DNA of 63,971 nt, counting the filler, from Circinaria calcarea (Eukaryota), in NCBI GenBank assembly GCA_051942165.1. It is 4 parts of 4 records of this genome, joined end to end, with 100 filler letters (N's around TTAATTAATTAA, not from the genome) between each part and the next. Parts side by side here need not be neighbours in the genome. Positions count along the whole stretch, not along the records: positions 33,132 to 49,588 come from JAVECS010000321.1; positions 49,689 to 63,971 come from JAVECS010000445.1; 2 more parts are not named here. The stretch is one strand, 5' to 3'. Under the pieces are notes generated by a model, which did not search any database, was not told where the DNA came from, and saw only the letters and a list, made by a program, of their open reading frames with translations. The translations under genes and the position numbers were made by a program. Positions 40,665 to 49,752 of this stretch are shown piece after piece. How positions within the stretch are numbered: the first letter of the stretch is position 1; each line of letters starts with the position of its first letter.

Positions 40665-40900
40665 GACTGCAGCACCTGTGGCATGCATGGCCACGTGGCA
40701 ATCAACTGCCGTCGAGGTCATAAGGTTGGAATAAGCAAGATCACAGCCAGGTCGAGGAATTGGAACCCGGCTGGGGCAGAACGGGCGAAGAAGGAGGAAG
40801 AGAAACAGGAGAATTGAGAACAAGGAAGCATGGGCGAGAAAAAAGCAACAGATGAACGAGGATAAAGCGAGAGCTAAAGTGGAGAAGGAGAGGAGAGAAG
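40665..40900 (+). pseudogene. Frameshifted partial copy of the zinc-knuckle gene at 47125-48744
   Basis: CSTCGMHGHVAINCRRGHKVG..K.T.RS..NPAGAERA aligns with CTTCGMRGHVAINCRRGHKVG..K.T.RS..NPAGAERA; similarity continues (KEAWARKKQQMN..KARAK.EKER) only after a frameshift near 40810. Confidence 0.85.
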
Positions 40901-41326
40901 CAGAAGAAAGAGACAGGGGTTGGAGGGGTAGGGAAAATAGGGAAAGGACAGGGTTGGAGGAGGAGAGGAATAGATCGGGAGTGAAGAAAGAACCTGTGAG
41001 AAAGGAGGCTGTATAAATTGTAGGAGCGTGATATCGAGGATATCGTCCTGTGTATATTCCAGCTTTCTTTTTGAGCCAAACTGTCGTTTGGACCTCGTAT
41101 GAATATCGTAAGAAAACCACCCTAACATCTATTATGCCTGCGACCACAAGTGTAAACTGGGACGGTCCCTCCCAATGCTTAGGCGAGAAACCACCCCCCG
41201 CCCCCTTTCCAACGCCGAGTATGGCTCTCAAAGTTCCCACATTCGAGCGGAAGCCGGCGAGGGCAAGTACGCGCTTCGACAGAGACACGAGAAAGGAGGG
41301 AGCTGGAGAAGTCAGAGAGATACCCA

Positions 41327-41520
41327 GAGTCCAGCAGACTGGAGCCGAACTGACCTCAAGGGAGAGGAACTGCATAGCCGACATGTATCAAACTTTCAAC
41401 GATGCTGCCTTGACTTTGCTCTCCAAGACAACAAGTCCTTGTCGATGATAGTCCCTATGTAATTTAGCGAAGTAGAGATTGCCGGGACTCAGGGGGATCT
41501 ACCTGGCATATTATGCATCT
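41327..41520 (-). repeat. Diverged duplicated segment, copy B
   Basis: Same orientation as, and visibly alignable with, 40101-40340, with an internal deletion. Confidence 0.75.
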
Positions 41521-41680
41521 CCATTTATTCAGGTAGTCATGCGGAGATAGTAGACCCGTAGCACAGCGATTTGTAAACAGCGTAGGAAGTAAAGTAAGAC
41601 CCAAAGGAAAATAGCAAATCCAGCTGTGCCAGACCAAGAACGAGAGCGTCCAGAAAGACCAAACAAGAGCCAGTATTAGA

Positions 41681-41914
41681 CCAGACTGGAGAAATACGAA
41701 CCTCTGTAATGCCAGACAGGAAACACAAACATACCTTAGTCATGCCAAACTAGAATATAAATTCACGTCCGTCATGCCAGACAGGAAACACAAACATACC
41801 TTTAGTCATGCCAAACTGGAATATAGGCGCCTCTGTCATACCAGACAGGAAACACAACATGCATTAGTCAGGCCAAACTAGAAGAGAGGCTCACTTCAGC
41901 CATGCCAGGCTGGA
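41681..41914. repeat. Tandem array of eight ~32-nt units with alternating A/B (~64-nt) higher-order structure
   Basis: Core CCA(G/A)AC(A/T)(G/A)GA (last copy CCAGGCTGGA) starts at 41681, 41712, 41745, 41777, 41811, 41841, 41873 and 41905. Confidence 0.9.
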
Positions 41915-41956
41915 ATGGGATAAACTGCTGGACTAGGCAAGATCAGGTTGTTCTGA

Positions 41957-43837
41957 TCACTTGGAGGAAGACGCTCTCCGGAAGGCTTGCCGCAAAGTAG
42001 TCAGAGTAACGAAAGGGATTGCTGGATCTACTGGCTCATGGTCACAATTCTTTCTATTGGTGACTTTGTGGGTCGAATCGATGCCATTACAGCATCCAAT
42101 ACACCTGTACGTGTACGCAACGTATTTGCCGGTGGCAATCTCGTACATCGGAGTCTTGTCGATCCTTTTGGTGTCATCTGCTTTGCATATGCGGCACCAA
42201 ATAAGAACCTCAGTAGGATCACCACGATAAGGATCAGCTTCACGTTGGAGGTGCCTTGTGACACTGCCACCCTCCTCCCTTCGACCAGCGTGATTGAGCA
42301 TGTTGTAATGCGCAAGCAAGTTGTTCACCTTCGTCGAATTTTTCCTTCCGATCAGTGAATTGGCGTTTCCATACAGCTTGGAAGATGCCAATCCAGCCTT
42401 TCTTGTCATAAGACGGTGGATTGCTCCTGTCAAGGTCTGATTTGGACAGTCCTTCAGCAAATCCTCCACAGCAGCTTTCCCATTGATACCCTCACGAGCT
42501 AGCCAGAGTATGACAGGGTTGGCTAGGGTCTCAAATGTTCTTGGTGTTCCACCATCCCGTTCATATATCGTATCCCGAATCAAGATATCCAGCGCATTGG
42601 GGTGCTTCTCCCTACGAAATCGTTGATAGTAGGTGGAATCCATATCGATACCAGCAAGGGCTCCTGCAATATTCCAGGCGGAATCGCACTCCTTTCCAAT
42701 CGCCGTCTGGCTCGGATGCAACATCGCTTCCGGGTGATGCGTCCAGATAATCAAACGCATGATCTTGTTGTCCTCAGCAATATAAATGCTGGCAGGCACC
42801 CGGATATCCTCGCAAAACAGGAAAAAATTGGTGAGCTGTTTGGCGTATCGATTTGTGAACGAGATTCGGTTGGCGACACCAACAATCACCCAGACTTTGG
42901 CAAGGCTGGATTGAAAAATCCAGTTAGTAAACTCCTCATGGATATTTCTTACCTTCTCATCCCAGAGATCCATGGGCGTTAGTTTTTTCTGTCTTTCCGC
43001 CTGGGACAAAACCTTCGCCCGCCGTAAATACGCATCAGCCCACAGTGCGCCCTCTGTCGGTAACCCCTTTTGGTAAAGTATCAATGGGCAAGGGCTACCC
43101 AAATCACCGGTCTCACCCCAGGATAACTCGCTGGAGGTGGTGAAAGTTGGCCAATGCATCATGACTGCGAGGGGGTCGTCCAATGTCCCTGTGGGATGAA
43201 CGAGCATATCTGCTGGAAGACCAGACAGCTTGACTTCCTCAGCCACGAAATGCTGGAATTTCCTGACCATGGTACTGGACTGGGAGACTCCTAGGTATAA
43301 TGTCAGTTTAGTTCATATATAAAGGTTAGTGTATCGACCCAATTGCTCCCTTCCTTTCTTTAGGAACTCCCGCAGCATTATCTTGTACTCCGCCGGACAG
43401 TCGTCAAAGAAAATCTTGAGATAATAGGCGCTATCGTGCTCTATTATGGGCGATTGATCTTGCGATATTGAGCGGTCAACTTGATCCGCCAGGGCGTCCT
43501 CCAAGATATTCCTCATCTCTAACTCTGCCTCGTCTCCTACCTTCCGTCTCTTTGCCTGGCCACACTCACTCAGGGCCCCAGTTGCAGGCCCGCTGAGCCT
43601 GGGGGCCTTGACCTCTCCAACCTTTTGCCCCCTACCCGAGAATATATCCTCCTGCCCAATCTTCACGGCCCCAAATGGTATTTTCTCTTTCCTTCTCTTC
43701 TCTTCAGCCTCCCGCTCCAGTTCATCCTCCCTTTTCCTCTTCCTCTCCAACTCCTCCAGTTCCCTCCTTTCCCTTACCTCCTTGGGGACACGTACGGGAG
43801 CAGGTTTGGGTTTGAACTTTAGGGTTGGGGGAGCCAT
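41957..43837 (-). CDS. Uncharacterised protein: charged N-terminus, possible uracil-DNA-glycosylase-like domain, C-terminal CxxC..CxxC cluster
   Basis: ORFs 43313-44029 and 41957-43270 share a frame and are separated by one stop inside a candidate 48-nt intron (43338-43291, GT..CTGAC..TAG); motifs AKVWVIVG, IIWTHHPE and CRIC..CIGC. Confidence 0.7.
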
Positions 43838-44827
43838 TCTTATGAAATTGATGGTTTTTGCTGTATATAGAAGTCTATCTACCAGTGTATCACGTTGTAC
43901 AGACAATGGAAAAGAGATTGTAATCTGACAGTATCTGGACAGTAAGAACTCAGGGAAACATAAAATCCACGCCGCAGTCCCATCCCCCACATCCGGACAT
44001 CTCACCACACGAATATGGCCATGCCCCACATCTCTCAGGATAAAACTGGCAGTCGCTCTGGACGTTCCCGGGAATTCGGCATCGCCATTGGCTGCTAATG
44101 GGCTTGGCGCATTAGCTGCCCCCGTTAAGTCTTGCCATTTCGAGAAAATCTCTCACTACCCATACCAATTGACTGAAACACAAGAATGATAACGAGCGAA
44201 GCATTTAGCTAGCATGATCGAAGCTGCGAGCATCTTATAGAGACAAAGTTGATGTATTTTAGACAAGAATTTGTGGAGATCCACTGTTATGAGTGGCGAC
44301 TTGAGGCGACTTGAGGCGAGTGAGCAGAAGTCGTTGCCGAGGATAACAGTATGGTACTGGAGGGCCCCTCATACAGGATTATAGCTCATTAAATTTATGA
44401 ATAAGACCTGGAACGTAAGTCCTGTTTCAAAAACTCGATCAAAAGGTAGTAGGAACGGAGCACCCCTCATGTACTAATTGTTTTTTATCGGCAACGATTT
44501 CTGCACATCGGCCTCGACTGCAGCGAAACGATATTTGGTGTTAGATGAATTTGGACGTCAGAATAAGTGCCATAAAGCAAAGAAAGGGGTAAGTATCATA
44601 TATACCCCTTCAAGTACTGGAGGATACTTCCGAGGCGGACAGTCTATTATAGCCACCAAGGGTTTAGCTAGTACCTCCAGAATACGCCCAAGAATAGCAT
44701 AAACACCGAAGGCGTTGATTGCTGTTATGGGAGAGGAAGAAGAAGCATGTTAGAAGGCCAGTGAGCCTTAAAACCTGAATCAGGCAATAGATAGAATGAA
44801 GTAATTCTACCACCGTGTTACATAAAG

Positions 44828-45195
44828 ATGACCGATACATTCTCTCCCGTCTTACATGGCATTGACCAAGCCGTTCGATGGAGAGTAGTATACCCTGGAG
44901 AGCCTATACCTCCACCTTATGATATTCTCACAAAATATTCTAAGCCACCAGAGGAACTGCAGCGTAAGGCAAGGCGGGATCTCGATAAGGTAGTTGCTGC
45001 AGCAGATGTTAAGAAAGCCCCCCCGAAGCTGAAGGGCAGGAAGAGAAACCGGGACCAAATAAAGCCTATGTCAGGGCTTAATGTTGATGAACTGCTCGGA
45101 CGCAAGAAGAAAGTCAAGATTTCTCGAGATAATGCCATTCCTGATTTCCGACAAATATTAGATAATACAAAAGACCTGAAGGCGATAGAGATATG
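44828..45195 (+). pseudogene. KU80: Internal fragment of Ku80
   Basis: DTFSPVLHGIDQAVRWR..PGEPIPPP..LTKYSKPPEEL..AADVKKAPPKLKGRKR..KPMSGLNVDELL..KISRDNAIPDFRQ resembles the post-core region of filamentous-fungal Ku80 as I recall it; no recognisable Ku80 sequence on either side. Confidence 0.8.
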
Positions 45196-45856
45196 GCAAG
45201 ATAGCTGCTGTACTACCTTTCCACTTGGACGATGACTTGGGTACTCGGATCATGGTATAACCAGTAAGTGATATCGGTGAAGGCTTCGGCCGAGGTCATT
45301 TTTAAATAAATGCAACTTTTATACCGCTTGTCCAGGGTCATGGATTTCAGTAATCTCGATTTCGTTACGAAGACCCCTTCTTGTAGATGGAAGACAGACC
45401 CATCAGGGCTAATATAGAACATGAACATGCGGCCTTCTATTACGCTAAGAATAAACTCTTAGTTCGAACAGTATTATTGACTTTGGTTGTCGTTGATACT
45501 GAGACTTACGGCTTCTCGGTATTCTCAGCTTGTCTATCCTCTTCACCAATGTCAAAGTCAATTAGGTTCACCCGTTGCTTGCATACAACGCCATTCAGGA
45601 TGCGGCAAACTAGCGTGAAGGTTATTGGCATAGAGTTCACTGTCGCAAATGGCTCACTGTCGTAAATGGCTTACTGCGTTCATTACATTCGCGTAAAAAT
45701 CACTGTCGTCAGTGGCATACCATACGGTACAGTGGCATTGCGACAGCGACCTACTAAGAATCGCGATAGTAAAATATGCCTTTTTAAAATATCTGGAAAT
45801 ATAATACCATACTGGAAGTTAAAAAAAGTGCTAAACCGTAGAAAAAAATTGCAAAA

Positions 45857-46039
45857 TTCCGGCACCAAGAATCGAACTCGGGTCTCTTCGGCACACAAGT
45901 GACTGGGATTTTGATTAGCGTTTCGGACTTTGAAGGAGTCGAAACAGGCAAAGGAGATCGGAATTATATGTTAGGCAACACAGTTTTGGTAAAGGGAGCA
46001 CATACGAGCGAAGTATCCTAACCGCTAGACTATACCGGA
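45857..46039 (-). tRNA. tRNA-Glu(CTC) with a 103-nt GT-AG insertion after position 34 (46005-45903) and an 8-nt canonical intron (45899-45892)
   Basis: Full cloverleaf: acceptor TCCGGTA/TGCCGGA, D arm GTCT-AGCGGTTA-GGAT, anticodon stem CTTCG/CGAAG, T arm CCGAG-TTCGATT-CTTGG, discriminator A, downstream T-tract. Confidence 0.85.
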
Positions 46040-46752
46040 TATTTCATATAATTAAAGGTTTCTATAAAATATATATTGTAAATTTTCACAAATTTATCAT
46101 GTTCGCTTGGGCCGGCGCAATCCTACAAGCCATGTATTTGGCACTGTGCAGCTATATCCCATTTATTTTATTACTGAATTTATATACTATGTACCTGGGA
46201 GCATGCCTTTACTACGTGACAGACTTGGTCAGAACTGCTCAAGTTATATAGGTTCTTTCTATTTTTATTCTAAAGATGCTCAGCGGCTAGTGGGTGACGA
46301 AAACTTTTGCCATGGGGACCACCGCGATCTGTGGCTTAGTTATGACCATTAAATTTGTGAGGATCTTCAAGAATCAAAGACCAGGATGGCATACTATGGA
46401 GTTGGTTTACGCCAAAGTAATCCAGCGTACCAAACTTTGTGCCAAGCGCGAGCGTGGGCTCCTTTCCACGCTCTACATTGGGAAGAGCGTAACTACTAAC
46501 CATCACGCAATACTCCGTATCAGTTTTATTAGTTACTCACCAGCTACTAATTAATACAACTACGACAATGCAAGGACATCCAAGTAGTGGGAAACCATAA
46601 TTGATTGTATCCCGATCCAAACTATTATACAATACAAAAAACATTTTCGCCATAGCCGGCAAACAGAAAAGTCGAAGCCCTGGTATATCGACAGAACCTG
46701 CTAGCATATCCGTTTGAATTCTGGCTGTGGGTTAATGCATCTGATAGTTAAT

Positions 46753-46880
46753 CAGGAATTCGTTCGCACATCTGCATCGAGACAGGAATTTGTTAGTACG
46801 TCTGCATCGAAACAGGAATTTGTTAGTACGTCTGCATCGACACAGGAATTTGTTAGCGTATCTGCATCAAAACAGGAATT
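46753..46880. repeat. 30-bp tandem repeat, ~4.3 copies
   Basis: Units CAGGAATTTGTTAGTACGTCTGCATCGA.A start at 46753, 46783, 46813, 46843 and 46873 (partial). Confidence 0.95.
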
Positions 46881-47124
46881 ACCTTTGACTTGAGCATCTG
46901 TCATCAGATAGGCACGGCCTTCGATCCTTGCCATGCCAGGCAGAAACAGTATTGAGACACAGAAGAGGGTTATTTGGCTGAGCGTTGCTGGATGCTGCAT
47001 GGCACGACCATTGAAGCTTGCCTGAATACCCCTTGTGTTTTGAGGCCCGTGATACGGGATATATGCGCTCCGGCCTATCTGAGGCCCATAGGCCGGAGAA
47101 CTCGTATCCAGGCGCAGAAGAGGG

Positions 47125-48744
47125 TTATCTGGCTTTGCGTTGCTTCGCCTTGTCTTGCAAGATTTCGGCGCACTGGTTGTAGCCCTCCCTCCAGGGCGCC
47201 CAATTTCGGCGAACCAGCTCAGCGTGCTGGAAAGGCATGCCGAAGGAACCATGCTGACGCTCCGGACCGTAACCGGTTGGAACTCTCCAAGAAGCCCATC
47301 GTTCCGGGTTCTTGGGGTATTCGGCTCGGCCGATCCTTGCTACCTCCGCCTGGGAATACGAAATCCAGGCTGGATCTTGGTCGTCGAAGACCGGAAGATC
47401 CTCGTCCCCTACCAACGGAGGAACGCCTGAGCGCTCACGCTCCACTGGTTGAGGTGGCGGAGGATTGCTGGGCCCCCCTCGCTGCACAGACGTAACCTTC
47501 CTGGCTCCGTCCCGAATCTCTACCCTCCTCTGTGTCTCATTGAAACGAGGCCTATCGGCCTCTTCCTCCCCGAAAAGTCGCACTCTCTCCCTCCACGCCT
47601 CCGCATATTGCTCCTCTTGGCGAGCAGCAGCCGCAGCGTCGTGCTCTCTCACACCACCCACAAAAGCTGCCCACGGGGCTGCCATTTGCTCCTGAGGAGC
47701 CCGTGGGGGGCGCGCTTGCTGTGAGTAGCCACCGCGCTTCTCCGGCCGTCGGAAAGCCTCGGCCGGAGGCTGCCCTGAGGCGCTCATGGACGCGGTGCGC
47801 TTTTTGGATGGCGCTTGGGGTGGTGCTGGCTGAGGAGCCAATCTTTGCGGAGGCTGGACCTGCCTCGCCTGGCCGTAACCAGTCACGGTGGAGCTGGGAG
47901 CAGCTCTTGATGTTGACTGTTGGACCGTAACATGGTCAAAGCCCGGTTGACCAAGCCGTATATCTTGTGAGCGGCGAGGCGGGAGACTGGCGTTCGGATC
48001 CAGCCGAGGACCGTATGATCTCGGCGGCGGCGACCTCTCTTCGAATTGCGGACGGCGAGGACGACTCCCAGGAGTCCAGCTTGGTGCTGCTGTCCTCATC
48101 GCAGAGGGAGCCGCCGGCGGCAATCGGGAGCTCGAGGGCGGGAAATTGACCCGAGGATCAATGCCGCCTTGCTCGTCACCAAACACGGAAGCAGTCTCGA
48201 AAGCCTCCGGCTGATATCGAGGCGGATTGTGCCTCGGAGGCGGAAAGGAGACGCGGGCACGCTCATCGGACTGCTCTGGCTCGTACACAGAAGCAGTTTC
48301 GAACCCGTACTGGTTGTGATGGTAAGGCGGCTGCCTTCTAGGCTCGAGCTCGCCCTGGTAACCATATCCGGGTCCCAGCAACATTCCCGGTCTACCCCTT
48401 TCTTGTCCGCCCCTTTCTTGTCCCTCCCTTTCCATTCTCTCCTTCTCCGCCTTATCCCTCGCCTTCGCCGCATTCATCTCCTGCTTTTTTCTCTCCCAAG
48501 CCTCTTTCTCTTCTATCCTCTTCTGCCTCCTCTCCTCCTCCTCCCTCGCACGTTCTGCCCCAGCAGGATTGTACCTCATGGACCTATTTGTGACTTTCCC
48601 CCGTCCAACCTTGTGGCCTCGACGGCAGTTGATTGCCACGTGGCCACGCATGCCACAGGTGGTACACTCGATACGGCACGAGGCGGTAGGATGAGGGCCT
48701 TGGCATTGGGCACATGGTGGGCCGGGAGGGAAAATAGTCGACAT
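47125..48744 (-). CDS. CCHC zinc-knuckle protein with charged coil and long Pro/Arg/Gln-rich disordered region
   Basis: 539-aa ORF; CAQCQGPHPTASC and CTTCGMRGHVAINC knuckles; internal duplicated FETASV..EQ..D.R..FPP motif; branch point and TAG acceptor immediately upstream of the ATG. Confidence 0.75.
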   Translation of the reverse strand: MSTIFPPGPPCAQCQGPHPTASCRIECTTCGMRGHVAINCRRGHKVGRGKVTNRSMRYNPAGAERAREEEERRQKRIEEKEAWERKKQEMNAAKARDKAEKERMEREGQERGGQERGRPGMLLGPGYGYQGELEPRRQPPYHHNQYGFETASVYEPEQSDERARVSFPPPRHNPPRYQPEAFETASVFGDEQGGIDPRVNFPPSSSRLPPAAPSAMRTAAPSWTPGSRPRRPQFEERSPPPRSYGPRLDPNASLPPRRSQDIRLGQPGFDHVTVQQSTSRAAPSSTVTGYGQARQVQPPQRLAPQPAPPQAPSKKRTASMSASGQPPAEAFRRPEKRGGYSQQARPPRAPQEQMAAPWAAFVGGVREHDAAAAARQEEQYAEAWRERVRLFGEEEADRPRFNETQRRVEIRDGARKVTSVQRGGPSNPPPPQPVERERSGVPPLVGDEDLPVFDDQDPAWISYSQAEVARIGRAEYPKNPERWASWRVPTGYGPERQHGSFGMPFQHAELVRRNWAPWREGYNQCAEILQDKAKQRKAR

Positions 48745-49362
48745 TTTCTATAAAGCGGTGAGTTAGTCCATCTGTTAATAATCTGTTAACGAAGCGAGTA
48801 TGTAAATGATTTTTTTATATTTGGAACTCTGAATGAACAGTCGTTATGCAGAAAGAGAAAACAGTGGATGCCAGAACTTGGAAACGCAAAAACGACAATG
48901 TCATGGTACTCACAGATTTGCTTCTGAAGCGTGTTTACGTAAATGATGAGATGATCAGTCTATAATCAGTATACCGTTTAATTTGATTTTACGGCCATGG
49001 TCGCTGATTGATGTTATGTATGCTGAAGTGGGAATGGGGGGAATGGCCAAATGGAAGTGGGTATACGCCCCGAAGGATATTCCCTTCACGTATTATTCAC
49101 CCCTAATTCTGACGTTATTGATATGCAACCACCGCAAAATCCTATTACGTATTATTGGGGAACGGTACGATAAACAGAAGAATTCATATATAAAGTCTGA
49201 ATTGTAGAACATACAAGACTAAATGGAGTTGAAAAGGGGCAGCATGAAATGGGAAGGAAATTTACTACCATCGTATTTCAACCATCTATCGGTAGGCAAT
49301 CCAATCATGTACAAGAAACCACCAAGCCCAAGTCCTTCATCCTCTTCATCCACCACATTTTT

Positions 49363-49588
49363 TCATAACCTCTCCTTCAGATTTCCCTTCATCCGCCTCT
49401 CCACCGCCTTCATATACTCCGTCGTCGTCGCATAATCCCCCCTCTCCGTCTTCCCGCACGCCAGCGCCAGGTCCTTGGTCATGATACCATCCACATCCAC
49501 CGTATCCACGCACGCCTGCTCCAAGCTCTCCGCAAACGCCACCACCTCGGGCGTCTCGTCCAGCGTGCCCCGCTGCGCCAACCCGCGC
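49363..49588 (-). CDS. IDP1: NADP-dependent isocitrate dehydrogenase, C-terminal end (rest lost at contig end)
   Basis: RGLAQRGTLDETPEVVAFAESLEQAC..GIMTKDLALACG..TTEYM matches the IDH1/IDP C-terminus. Confidence 0.88.
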
Positions 49589-49688
49589 NNNNNNNNNNNN
49601 NNNNNNNNNNNNNNNNNNNNNNNNNNNNNNNNTTAATTAATTAANNNNNNNNNNNNNNNNNNNNNNNNNNNNNNNNNNNNNNNNNNNN
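49589..49688. other. Artificial contig linker
   Basis: N-run with TTAATTAATTAA, 100 nt. Confidence 0.99.
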
Positions 49689-49752
49689 TTTCCCTCCAGG
49701 CCTTCAAGATTGCTATCTCTTCTCTTCCTTGCTTTCTTAGGTCGCCGACAGC

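Noticed and set aside
41681..41914. CRISPR array (repeat plus variable spacer appearance)
   Set aside because: Eukaryotic intron-containing context, no cas genes, and the variable parts are short and repeat in alternate units.
45857..46039. tRNA-Thr(CGT) with a single 111-nt canonical intron
   Set aside because: Formally possible, but the body looks like Glu (T1-A72), and precise GT-AG removal recreates the Glu anticodon CTC, which is unlikely by chance. Disfavoured, not excluded.
46752..46904. Second RiPP precursor (repeats NSCFDADVLT resemble DADELVRNS)
   Set aside because: No signal peptide, different contig, no DUF3328 nearby. The nucleotide units are near-identical and are better explained as duplicated splice signals.
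47125..48744. Retrotransposon gag gene
   Set aside because: The knuckles are N-terminal, and no protease, RT, integrase or LTRs are visible; an intron acceptor precedes the ATG.
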